64,000 bases of DNA, from contig CAVUVW010000017.1 in the NCBI GenBank assembly GCA_963745035.1, positions 32,001-96,000 of the forward strand. The letters run 5' to 3'. Source of the stretch: an uncultured delta proteobacterium (GTDB taxonomy: Bacteria; Desulfobacterota; Binatia; UBA9968). The notes below the pieces were generated by a model. That model was not told the origin of the DNA. It saw nothing but the letters and a program-made list of their open reading frames with translations, and did no database searches. Positions within the stretch are counted from its first letter, which is position 1, and each line of letters opens with the position of its first letter. Of the stretch, positions 50,998 through 64,000 are shown piece after piece. The position numbers and the translations under genes are program-made.

Positions 50998-52429
50998 ATG
51001 GCCGACGTTACCGACATGCGCGGATATATCGAGTTGCTCGAAGAAATGGGCGAGCTGCGCCGCATCGACGGCGCCGACTTGAAGACCGAAGTGGGCGCGC
51101 TCACCGAGCTTGCGGCCGACAAAGAAGGGCCCGCGCTGCTGTTTGATAATTTCAAGGATTATCCGGCCGGCTTTCGGATTATTTCCAACGTCTTCCGCAC
51201 CTGCAAGCGCACCGGCCCGGCGATGGGCATCAACGAGGAGAACGGCATCGACTATCTCTACGCCTGGCGCAAAAAGCTCGCCGCGTACAAGCCGGTGCCG
51301 GTGGACCAGTTGGAAGGTGGCCCGATCCTCGAAAACCAGATGGCCGGAAAGGACGTCGATCTCTACAAATTTCCCGTGCCCAACTGGCACGACTTGGACG
51401 GCGGCCCGTACATCGGCACTGGCTGCGGCATCATCACCAAAGATCCGGAAACCGGCAAGATCAACATCGGCACCTACCGCGTCATGGTGCAGGACAAAAA
51501 TCATGTCTCAGTGAAGATGAACATGGGCAAGCACGGCCGGCTCGCCTTCGAGCGCGCGCGCGACGCCGGCAAGCCGCTCGCCGCAGCGATCACCTTGTGC
51601 CAGGGGCCGGCGATTTTTCTTGCCGGCGCAAATGCCGCTGCCGCCCGACGTAAACGAATTCGAATTCGCCGGCTATCTGCAGGGCGCCCCGGTGCCGGTA
51701 GTGCGCGGCGCGGCAACCGGTCTCCCTTTGCCGGCCAACGCCGAGATCGTCCTCGAAGGCGAGATCCTGCCGATGAAGGACGAGGAAATGCCCAGGGAAG
51801 GTCCTTTCGGCGAGTGGCCGGGCTACTTCACCGAAGCCAACGTCGGCGAGACCCCCGTGATGGAAGTGAAGCGCGTGTATTACCGCAACGATCCGATCCT
51901 GCTCGGCGCGCCGCCGCTCAAGCCGCCGTCGAGTTATCTGCCGATTCCGCTCGGCGCCGCGACTCTATGGGAACAGCTCGAAAAGGCCGGCATCCCCGAA
52001 GTCAAAGGCGTATGGGGCTTTGTCTACGGCGGCCAGCCCGGACCGTTTACCGTGGTCTCGATCAAGCAGCGCTACGCCGGGCATTCGAAACAGGCCCTGC
52101 TCGTCGCCGCCGGCGCGCGCGCCGGCGCCTACGGCGGCAAGTTCGTCGTGGTCGTCGACGACGATATCGACATCACCAATCCCGCCGACGTAATCTGGGC
52201 CATCGCCACTCGTTGTCACGTGCGCGAAGACCTCGACATCGTCAAAGGTGTCTGGGCCTCGGTGTGCGAGCCGGCGCTGCCGCCCGAAGAGCGCTCGCCG
52301 CGCGGCTACACTACCGATCGGGTCCTGATCGACGCTTGCCGGCCGTTCAAGTGGATGGATCAATTTCCCGCGGTCAACGCGTTCACCAAAGAATACAAGG
52401 AGCGGATTGCCGAGAAGTTCAAAATGTAG
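50998..52429 (+). CDS. UbiD-family prFMN decarboxylase; frameshift near 51630
   Basis: DGGPYIGT, NIGTYR, EGPFGEWPGY, VVDDDID, WAIATR. Confidence 0.9.
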
Positions 52430-52524
52430 CCATGGCGCTGCACGTTCCGGGCCGCTATGATTTCGCCCGCGCCGACGTCAAACGGTTAATGTTCGGTCTT
52501 CACGGACGAAACTGAGGTGATCCG

Positions 52525-53169
52525 ATGGGCACGATCGAAGCATTAAGTTTGGCCATGGGCACGGCTTGGACGTCGGGCATCAACCTGTACGCCACCGTCG
52601 CGGCCTTGGGCATCGCCAACCGGATGGAGATGATCCATCTGCCGCAGAATCTCGAAGTGCTGTCCCATCCCGGCGTGATCGCCATCGCCTGCGTCATGTA
52701 TTTGATCGAGTTCTTCGCCGACAAAGTGCCCTACGTCGACAACGGTTGGGACGCGCTTCATACTTTCATTCGCGTGCCGGCCGGAGCGATCCTGGCAGCG
52801 CAGTCGCTGGGCGATCTCAATCCGGCAATGGAGTTGATGGCGCTGCTCGCCGGCGGTTCGGTTTCGCTGGTAGCGCACGGCACCAAAGCGACGGCGCGCC
52901 TGGCGATCAATGCGAGCCCCGAGCCTTTCAGCAACTGGGCGGCGAGCGTAACCGAAGATGTCGCCGTGTTCGGCAGCATCTGGCTCATGTTTAATCATCC
53001 GATCATGATGTTGATCCTGGTGTTGACTTTCCTCGCGCTCGTATCGTCTGGCTGGCGCCCAAGATCTATCGACTCGCCAAGCGCGGCTTTCAGGCGCTCC
53101 GCGACAAAATGCGCGGCGGCAGGCCCGATCAACCGGCGCCGAGCGGATCCATCGACCCAGCCCACCTAG
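52525..53169 (+). CDS. DUF4126 membrane protein; probable indel near 53050
   Basis: SGINLYA, EFFADKVPYVD, SPEPFSNW. Confidence 0.85.
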   Translation: MGTIEALSLAMGTAWTSGINLYATVAALGIANRMEMIHLPQNLEVLSHPGVIAIACVMYLIEFFADKVPYVDNGWDALHTFIRVPAGAILAAQSLGDLNPAMELMALLAGGSVSLVAHGTKATARLAINASPEPFSNWAASVTEDVAVFGSIWLMFNHPIMMLILVLTFLALVSSGWRPRSIDSPSAAFRRSATKCAAAGPINRRRADPSTQPT

Positions 53170-53186
53170 CGGTAACTGCAAATCTC

Positions 53187-54874
<1,688 letters not shown>

Positions 54875-54957
54875 GGCTACTTGGCTGGGGATATCCGCGC
54901 GGGCGCGCCGCATCAGAACCGCGCAGGACCTCAGGCGCAATTGTGAAAATGAAAAGC

Positions 54958-55461
54958 TTACGTCGAGGTGGGCGTCACGCCATAGACGTGCCCGCAGGCG
55001 CTGCAGAAGATAATGTTGAAAGGCGCCAAAACAAACTGTTTGCCGCGTGCGGTGCTCGAACCGGCTTTGCGTGAGACAATGCGGTCGGTGCCCACCACGG
55101 AGCAAGAGGGGCATTTCGGCTCCGGCTCGACTTTGTGCTTAAAATCCTGGGTGAAGTGAAAGCCGTTGCCGGGATCGGAATTGGCTTTGGGATCCTCTTC
55201 TTCTTCCGCAGTACTCTGTTCTCTTTGGGGTTCGCCTTCGGCAGGGCGGGTTACCTGATCGTAGTTCGCGCGGCGGTTTAAATCGGAAAGAATCTCATAG
55301 GCGTCCAGAACTTGCTTGAACTTGCCCGCGGCTTCGTCGTTTCCGGGGTTGCGGTCTGGGTGATAGCGAAAAACCGCCTTGCGATACGCCCGTTTGATTT
55401 CTTCCGGGCTCGCGCTGCGCTTTACTCCCAAGACGGAATAGTAGTCGTGCGTCTCTTCCAC
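54958..55461 (-). CDS. J-domain protein with C-terminal zinc ribbon
   Basis: [11 protein letters not shown]; CPSC...CSAC. Confidence 0.88.
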   Translation of the reverse strand: MEETHDYYSVLGVKRSASPEEIKRAYRKAVFRYHPDRNPGNDEAAGKFKQVLDAYEILSDLNRRANYDQVTRPAEGEPQREQSTAEEEEDPKANSDPGNGFHFTQDFKHKVEPEPKCPSCSVVGTDRIVSRKAGSSTARGKQFVLAPFNIIFCSACGHVYGVTPTST

Positions 55462-55542
55462 TATTCGAGACTCTCCACCGCTCGATCATTCCCGCAGCCG
55501 AAAATCGGAAAACCCTTGGATTGTTGAAGAGACTTGCAGGCG

Positions 55543-56059
55543 CTATCGAGAGCGCCGGCCTCCCGTGCCGGTCAGTTTGCCGCGTTGCTTGTACATCTGC
55601 ACGCACATATCGTAGATCGCCGCGCCCGCTCGATCATCGACGACCAAGTCGCCGTCGCGCGTTATATACTCGACGACAAACAAGGTGTCTTTCGCCTTGC
55701 TGTTGATTATTGGTAAGGCGGACAAAGCGCGCCTCATTCCTGTCCAAATAGGCGCCGATGGTGCGAAAAATCTGCGCTTGATTGATAAACTCCTGGCCTC
55801 GCACGATCTCACCCCGGCGGTTTTCACCGCTGCGGTCCAATTCCTCGATGTCTTCGAAAGTGTATTCGATCGACACGGGCGTGGGCGATGGCGGCGCCTG
55901 ATAGCCACCGTCGACTAGGAAAGTTCTTTTCTGAGCGCGAATATCGAACGACTTCAATCCTCTTCGCTCGAGATCCTGCCCGATGCACCGCAACGCGGTT
56001 GCATAGCTCACCTGGAGCATTTTGGAGAATTCGGCGAATGGAGGTTTTTGACGGCGCAT
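55543..56059 (-). CDS. Hypothetical protein; frameshift near 55685
   Basis: YATALRCIGQDL and IFRTIGAYLD suggest an internal repeat; frames join near 55685. Confidence 0.6.
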
Positions 56060-56203
56060 TTGCGTAATTTGTAACGTAAATGGTACGGGCAGTAGCCCAA
56101 AAAATCAACTTAAAAAATGGGCTACGAGGCGAGCGAAGTCCGCTTCATGAGCGTCACGCATCGCGCGCCGGGCGGGGAAGATTTTTGCAGGAGTTCTTTG
56201 GCT

Positions 56204-56830
56204 TTATTCGGGAAGCGCTGGCAGCGGATCCATGACGCCGATCATGCTGTCGCGGGTGACGAGCTTGGCCAAATCCGCCTCGCTCCATCCTTCAGTCCCC
56301 TTCGGCCGCAGCGGCAAGACGATGTACCGGATATCGGCGGTGCTGTCGTGAACCCGCACTTCCACGTCGTCCGGTAGATCCAGCCCGAACTCGCTCATGA
56401 CGCCGCGCGGATCGATCACCGAGCGCTGGCGGTAGTTGAAGCTTTTGTACCAGTCAGGCGGCCTGCCCAAGATCGGCCGGGGATAACAGGAGCAGAGCGT
56501 GCAGACCACCATGTGGCGCACCCGTTCGGTATTTTCCAGAACGACAAATTCATTGAGTGCCGTGGCATCAATGCCGATTTCGGCGCAGGCCGCTTTCGGA
56601 TCGGCGATGAAGCGCGCCTTGAAAGCCGGATCGACCCAGGCGCGGGCGACCAGCTTGGCGCCGTTGGCCGGCGAGCGCGCCTCCTGATACTCGATCTGGC
56701 ATTGGATATCTTTCTCCGAGATCACGCCTTTCTCGACCAGCAGATCGCGAATGGCATAGATCCGTCGAGCATAATGGCTTAGCTCATGTTTCGGATGATC
56801 GTGGCCGTGCTCATCGCCTGCGCTGCTCAC
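56204..56830 (-). CDS. Co-type nitrile hydratase alpha / thiocyanate hydrolase gamma-like subunit
   Basis: VCTLCSCYP metal-binding motif; GAKLVARAW; DSTADIRY. Confidence 0.93.
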   Translation of the reverse strand: MSSAGDEHGHDHPKHELSHYARRIYAIRDLLVEKGVISEKDIQCQIEYQEARSPANGAKLVARAWVDPAFKARFIADPKAACAEIGIDATALNEFVVLENTERVRHMVVCTLCSCYPRPILGRPPDWYKSFNYRQRSVIDPRGVMSEFGLDLPDDVEVRVHDSTADIRYIVLPLRPKGTEGWSEADLAKLVTRDSMIGVMDPLPALPE

Positions 56831-57137
56831 CTGCGGCTCCCCCTGCCTATTGCGACTGGATCCAGCCAGTGCTCATAGATATCGACCAGGAGTTTGTCGG
56901 ACTTGCTGGCCCTATCCCATAGATCACTCTGGTTGAAGGCAACCAGATAGAGGACTTTTTTTGGCAGGCCGTCCTACCAAACGCCAGCGACTCAGGATTG
57001 AGAAACTCCCCGTAGACACGCTCGATCCAGCCGGTCTTGCCGCGCACATACCAAGGCGTTCGCAGGTGGCCGGGTCGATCTTCGAACCGCACTTTGACCG
57101 GATCGCCAGGTTTGAACCTACCGACGGAAGCGTTCAT
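56827..57137 (-). CDS. NHase beta C-terminal (SH3-like) / SCNase alpha-like subunit; indel near 56972
   Basis: FKPGDPV, GHLRTPWYVRGKTG; corrected tail LYLVAF...DIYEHWL; ATGA and GTGA overlaps. Confidence 0.85.
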
Positions 57138-57445
57138 GGCTCGCCCCACTTAGAATCGAACTCCGCGAGCTTGCGATCGATCTCTTCCCTCGTGAGAATA
57201 TTTTTCTCGATTAGAATCGCTTCCATGCTGGCGATCCATCGCTCGTAATAATTCATGTCGCGATAGGCGGCGGAATCCATCTCCTCACGGGCGCGGCGCA
57301 TCTCGTCCGTGCGCTTGACTCCCCTGGCTCCCAGCGCCTGATTGACCGCATCGGCAAGAATCTCCCAGTCGGAAAGCTCGTGCTGACTTTGATCGATCGG
57401 TCCCGCGCCCGGAAGACCGCCGATATCATGATGTCCACGCGGCAT
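57134..57445 (-). CDS. NHase beta N-terminal / SCNase beta-like subunit
   Basis: HDIGG, DEMRR, YYERW. Confidence 0.88.
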   Translation of the reverse strand: MPRGHHDIGGLPGAGPIDQSQHELSDWEILADAVNQALGARGVKRTDEMRRAREEMDSAAYRDMNYYERWIASMEAILIEKNILTREEIDRKLAEFDSKWGEP

Positions 57446-57458
57446 AGTATCTCCCTGT

Positions 57459-59235
57459 TTAGCCTTTGAGACGATTAGCCAGCGCGCTGTGCTCTTCTCG
57501 TAGGCCCGCCGGCAAATGGTCGCCGAAGGTGTCGAAGAAATCGCTCTGGCTCTTCAGATTATTTTTCCAGCCCTCGCGGTCGACCCTGACGAGCTGATCG
57601 ACATCCGCTTTGGATACGTCGAGCCCTTCGCCGGTCAAGCTCGCGGGCTCGGGCACGTAGCCGATCGGCGTCTCATCGGCCTGGCCGCCGCCCTTCGACC
57701 GCTCGATGACCCAGCGCAGCACGCGTAGATTCTCGCCGAAGCCCGGCCAGAGAAACCGCCCGCGCTCGCTGCGCTGGAACCAATTGATGCGAAAAATTTT
57801 TGGCGGATTCGCCACTTGCTTCCCCATGGACAGCCAGTGGCTCCAGTAATCGCCCATGTTGTAGCCGCAGAACGGCAGCATCGCCATCGGATCGCGCCGC
57901 ACCACGCCCACTCGCGCCGGTCGCCGCGGCGGTGGTCTCGGACGCCAACGTCGCGCCCAGAAAACGTGCCGTGCTGCCAGTTGAACGATTGATAGACGAG
58001 CGGCACCAGCTTTTGCGCGACGCGCGCCGAAAAGGATGGCGCTGATAGGCACCCCTTCGGGCTTTTCCCATTCCGGTGAATAGGTCGGACTCTGCTTGAT
58101 CGAGACCGTGAAGCGCGCATTGGGATGGGCCGCCGGAGTGTCCGCCTTCCGGATCCCAAGGCTTGCCGCGCCAATCTTGCGCGTTGTCGGGCACCGGGTC
58201 GTCGTGGCCTTCCCACCAGACCGTGCCGTCATCGCGCAGCGCCACGTTGGTGAAGATCGTGTCCCTTTTCACCGTTTGCACGCCGTTCGGGTTGGTGTTC
58301 GAGCCGGTTCCCGGCGCCACGCCGAAGAAACCCGCTTCCGGATTGATCGCCCAGAGACGGCCATCGGCGCCGACGCGCAGCCACGAGATATCGTCGCCCA
58401 CGGTGTGAATCTTCCAACCCTTCATGCTCGGCGGCGGCACCAGCATCGCCATGTTGGTTTTGCCGCAGGCGCTCGGAAACGCGCCGCAGATATACGTGAT
58501 CTCGCCGTCCGGGCTTTCCACGCCGACGATCAGCATATGTTCGGCGAGCCAGCCTTCCTGTTGGCCGAGCTTGCTGGCGATGCGCAGCGCGAGACATTTT
58601 TTTGCCAGCAGTGCATTGCCGCCATAGCCCGAGCCGACGCTCCAGATCGTGTTGTCTTGCGGATAATGACAGATAAATCGCCGCTCGATGTCGAGGTCGG
58701 CTTTGGAATGAAGGCAGCGGGTGAAGTCGTCGGAATCGCCGAGGTGATCCAGCGCGATCTTGCCCATGCGCGTCATGATGCGCATGTTGAGCACGACGTA
58801 GACGCTGTCCGTAACCTGCACGCCGACCTTGCTGAAGCGCGAGCCCGCGGGTCCCATGAGAAAGGGAATCACGTAGAGCGTGCGCCCGCGCATCGAGCCG
58901 GCGTAGATTTTCGCAAGCTTGTCGTAGGACTCGGCGGGCGCCATCCAATTATTGTTGGGGCCCGCTTCCTCCTGCGACTCGGTACAAACGAAAGTAAGAT
59001 TCTCGGTGCGCGCCACGTCGTTGAGCGCGCTGCGATGCAGATAACAACCGGGCAGCTCCTTTTGATTGAGCGGAATGAGATCGCCGCACTGGACCGCGAT
59101 CTGGGTCAAACGCGCTTTTTCATCCTCCGAGCCGTCGCACCAAAACACCTCGTCGGGCTGGCAAAGGGCGTCCATTTCCTTCACCCATTTTTGAATATGC
59201 GAATTTGCCGGAATCGTGCCTGTCGATTGGCTCAT
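57459..59235 (-). CDS. pckG: GTP-dependent PEP carboxykinase; several indels at 57900-58160
   Basis: GYGGNALL, FPSACGKTN, GDDI, NPEAGFFG, DPMAMLPFCGY. Confidence 0.95.
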
Positions 59236-59320
59236 GAATTCAACAATACCTTTCTGCATAGCATGAAACCCTGTCGAGCATTAACAACGCACCAGGCGCT
59301 CAATAGTCCGGTTTCATTAT

Positions 59321-60255
59321 CTAATGCAATGACCGCGAAGTCAATCCAGCGTTCTGGAATACCCGGTAGAGCCGCCAGCGCCCGCCGGGCGCTTCCTCCG
59401 TCCACTTGGCGAGCGCGGCGAGTTCACCCCGCGGATCGAGAATGCTTACCATGCTTTCGCAGGTCGCGCGGCTTGCCGATTTGCGCCAGTAACTCCTGCT
59501 GGCCAAGACGCAACCGCGACAGTACGCGACTTTGCCAGGTGACCGCGGGCAAATGACGACAGCGCGGCGCGCAGCGACAGCAGCGGCGCCGCCCCGACCG
59601 CGCAGCGGCGCTCGAGCTCTTCGAGGCTGAGCGCGTCTTCAATCGACAGATGATCGCAGGCCGTCCGGCGCAGCGTTTTCAGGTGCGCGCCGCAGCCGAG
59701 TTCTTGCCCCATATCCGCCGCCAGAGTGCGGACGTAAGTGCCGCGCGAACAGGTCGTCTGAAATTCAAGCTCTTGAGCGCTCGAGCGGCGCCAGTGGAGC
59801 GCATTGATCCTGATCCGGCGCGGCTCGCGCGGGACTTCCTTCCCCTGGCGCGCCAGGCGATACAGGCGAACGCCGTCTTTCTTCAGCGCCGAGAACATCG
59901 GCGGCACCTGCGCCAGCTCACCGGTAAACTTGCGCTCTAACTCGCGCAATTGCGCCGCGCCCAACGGCGGCACCGGCCGTTCCCTGATGACTTTCCCGGT
60001 CGCGTCCTGCGTGTCGGTATCGACCCCCAGCGCAATCACGCCGCGATAACTTTTTACCCCGCCGAGAAAAATATCGGCGATCTTGGTGCCTTCGTTAACG
60101 CCGATCAACAGCAGGCCCGATGCGAAAGGATCGAGGGTGCCGAGATGGCCGACCTTTTTCGCGCCCAGGAGACTCTTGACCCGGTGCACGACCTGGGCCG
60201 ACGACGGCCCTTCGGGCTTGTCGATGAGGAGAATGCCGCTTCGCGTCATGGCCAT
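59321..60255 (-). CDS. truB: tRNA pseudouridine-55 synthase; indels near 59550 and 59460
   Basis: GHLGTLDP, QVPPMFSALK, CSRGTYVR. Confidence 0.95.
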
Positions 60256-60273
60256 GGAATTTTGCGGGGCGAT

Positions 60274-60658
60274 TCAGGAGATGAAATCGGAAAGAAAACC
60301 CTCGATCTTGCGCTTTAGTTCCTTGACTTTGTCGAGCAGCGCGTCGATCCGCCGGGCTTCCTCTTCGCTGTCGTCGTAGAGAAATTCGATCGCCGGCACG
60401 AACCGAAGATCGAGCTTCTTGCCGAGCTCGCGCGCGAATAAATCCGCCGGCGCTTTTGAGCCCGGCCAACGCCTCTTGCCGATCTCCACTGCCACCCAAG
60501 AAACTAAAGAACACCTTGGCGTGCCGGAGATCCTTGCTCACTTTGACGCCGGTCAGATTGAGCCACTGCAAGCGCGGATCATGGATCTCGCGGCGCAAGA
60601 GCTCCGCGATCACTTCAAGCAATCGGTCGCCGACGCGATCTGAGCGTTGATAGTCCAT
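60274..60658 (-). CDS. rbfA: Ribosome-binding factor A; indel near 60435
   Basis: RSDRV, DPRL, SKDLRHAKVF, LRFVP. Confidence 0.92.
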
Positions 60659-60700
60659 TGAATGAAGCGATCAAAACCGCGCCTTTTGCCGGCGGCGCGC

Positions 60701-60990
60701 TCAACAGTGGAAGCACTCGACTTCCGCGGCGCCGAGCTTCGCCAAGCCGAGGTTGTCGACAAAATCGACGATGCGTGCGCAGCGTCGCTTCCACCACCGT
60801 CTGACTGGTTCCCGCGGCGGCAAATCCCAGCACCGCGCTCTGCCAAAGCTCCTGATCGCCGCACTCGGTGACCGAGACGTTGAATTCGATTGCCGACCCG
60901 CGCCTGGATGCTCTTCACCACTCCGCGTTTACCCTTGAGGGAGTGGTTTTCAGGAATCGCCAACTTGAGCTTGAGGATCCCCACAACCAT
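60701..60990 (-). CDS. ylxP: DUF503 (YlxP) protein; indels
   Basis: MVVGILKL...HSLKGKR; between infB and rbfA. Confidence 0.85.
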
Positions 60991-61019
60991 GGGAGACGGC
61001 GTAGAAAACCGCCAGCGTG

Positions 61020-63750
61020 CTAGACGCCGCTCACGCGCGGAGCTTCGCGTCCGGGCTGAGGCGGAGTAATGCGGCGGATCACGGGAATGCGCTCGTACGC
61101 TTCGATCACGTCGCCTTGCTTGATGTCCTGAAATCCTTCCAAAGAAAGGCCGCATTCATAGCCGGCGGCGACCTCGCGCACGTCGTCTTTGAAGCGCTTG
61201 AGGCTCGCGAGCTTGCCTTCGAAGACCACCACCTGGTCGCGCAGCAGACGCACCAGATTGCCGCGCGCGATCTTTCCTTCGTTGACGTAGCAGCCCGCGA
61301 TCGTGCCGACGCCGGCGATGTTGAAGGTCTGGCGAACTTCCACACGGGCCTGAGATCTGCTCGCGGAAAGTCGGCTCCAGCATGCCTTCCATCGCGGCGC
61401 GGACATCCGCCACGGCTTCGTAGATGATCGTGTAAAGACGCACATCGACGCCTTCTCGCGCCGCCAGCGCCGCGCCTTTGGATTCCGGCCGCACGTTGAA
61501 GCCGATAACGATCGCGTTGGACGCGGTCGCCAGCAAAATATCGCTTTCGGTGATCCCGCCTACCGAGCCGTGGATCACCTTGAGCTTGACTTCGTCCGTG
61601 GACATGCGGCTGAGCGCTTCGGTCAGCGCTTCGACCGAGCCTTGCACGTCGGCTTTGAGCACGACCCGAAGCTCTTTCACGTCGCCCGTTTTGATCTGAT
61701 CGTAGAGCTCTTCCAAGGAGACTTTGCTCGATTTCACCAGCTCCGCTTCTCGTTGCTTGCTCCGGCGGTACTCCGCAACCTGACGCGCCTTGGATTCATC
61801 GGCGACGGCGACAAAAGAATCGCCCGCCTGCGGCACGCCTTGAAGGCCGAGAATCTCCACCGGAAAGGCGGGCGGCGCGGCTTCGACTTTGCCGCCGCGA
61901 TCATCGATCATCGCGCGCACTTTGCCGTAATACACACCGCAGACGAAGGCGTCGCCGACGCGCAGCGTGCCTTCCTGCACCAGCACGGTCGCCACCGGCC
62001 CCCGGCCGCGATCCAATTTCGCTTCGACGATGGTGCCGCGGGCGAGCTTTTCCGGATTGGCCGTGAGCTCCAAAATATCGGACTGCAAAAGCAGCATTTC
62101 CAACAGGTGCGGAATGCCTTCGTGGGTCTTGGCCGATACCGGCGCGAATACTGCGTCACCGCCCCAATCTTCTGCGACCAGACCGTATTGCGAAAGTCCT
62201 CTTTTTACCTTTTCCATATCGGCGTCGGGCCGGTCGATCTTATTGATCGCGACGATGATCGGCACCTCAGCGGCACGGGCGTGATTAATCGCTTCGACGG
62301 TCTGCGGCATGACGCCGTCATCGGCGGCCACCACCAGCACGACGATATCGGTCACCTTGGCGCCGCGCGCGCGCATCGCCGTGAACGCCTCGTGCCCCGG
62401 CGTATCCAAAAACGTCACGCTGCGGCCGTCGACTTGCACATGATACGCGCCGATGTGCTGGGTAATGCCGCCGTGCTCCTGGGCGGTCACGTTGGTGCTG
62501 CGGATCGCGTCGAGCAGCGAAGTCTTGCCGTGGTCGACATGGCCCATGATCGTCACCACCGGCGGGCGCGGCGCCAGCGAGGTCTCCTGGTCTTCGATCT
62601 GGTGCTCGAGCTCGAGGGCGCTGTCGACGTCGAAAGCGACGTTTTCCACCTGATGATCGAACTCCGACGCGATCAAAGTCGCGGTATCGACATCGAGCAC
62701 CTGATTGATCGTCGCCATCATCCCCATGCCCATCAATTTTTTGATGACCTCACCGGCTTTGACGCCCATTTCCCGCGACAGATCGCCGACGGTAATGACC
62801 TCGGATATCCTGACGACCCGCTTGCTCGCCTTGGGAATCGTGATCTCGGTTCTGCGCAGCTCTTTGCCCGGGAGCGCTCGTTTTTTGCGCAGAATGCGGC
62901 CGCCGCCGCGTAGCTCTTTTTCCCGCGTCTCGAGCACGTCCTGCTTCTTGACGACTCGCTTCTTATGGCGCCCGGCCTTCGGCTTGTCGTCGGTGGGGGC
63001 AGCCGGCGCGCCGTCGGCGGCGCGCTGGCCCTCGCCCGCGCGAGTGCCAGGTCCGGCGGGCGCGCCCACGGGTTTGCGCAGCATCGGCGTCGGCGCCGGC
63101 TCCAAGCGCATGGTTTGCTTTAAGTCGATGCGGCCAAGAATGCGCGCTCCGCGCGGCGCCTCAGGCGCCGCCGGCGCGGGCGGCGCTTTTGCCGATGCCG
63201 GCGTTTGCGGCTCCGCGGGCACGGGCGCCGTAGATGAAGCCGGTTCGGCTGTGCCAGTCTCGAATGACGCCTCTGACTGCGATGCTTCCGCCGCCTCGTC
63301 CCACTCGCTCGGCGCTTCAATCTCCGGCACGATCTCCGAAGAAATGTCCTCAGCGGGCAACGCGGCGGATTGTACCTGCGGTGGCTCCGGCGCCGCCGCT
63401 TCGCTGGTCATACCAGGCATTTCGACCGGCGCAACTTCGGTGCGATTGACGCGGCGGCGAATGACGTTGGTGCGCACGCGCCGCTCGATCACGGTTTCGC
63501 GCGCTTCGGCGCCCCCGTCGCCCTCGTCCTCGCTTTTGACGACGCGGTCCGCGACGATTTTTTCCTCGCCGACGTGAATTTGCGGCTTTTCCTGCGCTGC
63601 CAGAGCCGCGCGCACGCGCACCACCTCGTCGTCCTCCAGCGCGCTCTGGGCCTTTCGCCCGCGCAGCCCCAACCGATCGAGCTGGACGATGAGATCTTTG
63701 GTTTCGATCCCCAGTTCTTTGGCTAAAAGGTGGACTCTCGTCTTACCCAT
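61020..63750 (-). CDS. infB: Translation initiation factor IF-2; frameshift near 61355
   Basis: [29 protein letters not shown]. Confidence 0.97.
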
Positions 63751-63756
63751 CTGCGC

Positions 63757-64000
63757 TTACTCCCGATCCCGATTTTCGAGTTCTTTGATTAAGTTTTCCT
63801 TCATGGCCCGAGTGACTTCTACGTGAAACGCCCGGTATTGCGATTTTCGTCCGACAAACAACCGGCGGCATTCGGAACTCCGATGCAGATAACCGCCTCG
63901 CCCCCGCATCCCGTCCACTGCCAATCGGCCCTGATCGACGGCCAAGCGGATCAAGCGCGCTTGATCATCGCGGCCGCCGCAACCCATGCAGGTTCGCTGC
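63757..64000 (-). CDS. ylxR: YlxR/RnpM family protein; start beyond window
   Basis: QRTCMGC, GRGGYLH; directly upstream of infB. Confidence 0.85.
   Translation of the reverse strand, partial: QRTCMGCGGRDDQARLIRLAVDQGRLAVDGMRGRGGYLHRSSECRRLFVGRKSQYRAFHVEVTRAMKENLIKELENRDRE

Overview
Bacterial chromosomal window, mostly high-GC. Gene content resembles Deltaproteobacteria/Binatia (inference). Many single-base indels break essential genes (infB, rbfA, truB, tgt, recJ, pckG), which points to an unpolished long-read assembly. Bases 1-5473 are visibly lower in GC and look like the end of a genomic island: GT4 glycosyltransferase, an unannotated 59-aa ORF, two Hsp20 genes, hypotheticals and DUF2071. 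This segment ends in a stack of integrase scars (3' halves of tRNA-Thr(CGT) and tRNA-Glu(CTC) plus paired arm-type direct repeats). The rest is core and metabolic genes: queA-tgt-yajC-secDF-recJ-yhhQ, nfeD/SPFH, UDG, coaBC, mlaA, rluA, manC, trmI, PAC2, a TTT transporter, a Mo-hydroxylase, CCA enzyme, M16 peptidases, UbiD, ChdC, pckG and truB-rbfA-ylxP-infB-ylxR. Best novelty candidates: (1) tandem KUP/KimA-like transporters with USP tails, one lacking the conserved TM3 Asp, divergent from an ATPase-less PAS-HisKA-REC protein and a TPR gene; (2) an unannotated ~177-nt rod-shaped RNA-like element with alternative pairings at 49326-49501; (3) a three-subunit, thiocyanate-hydrolase-like Co nitrile hydratase right after pckG.
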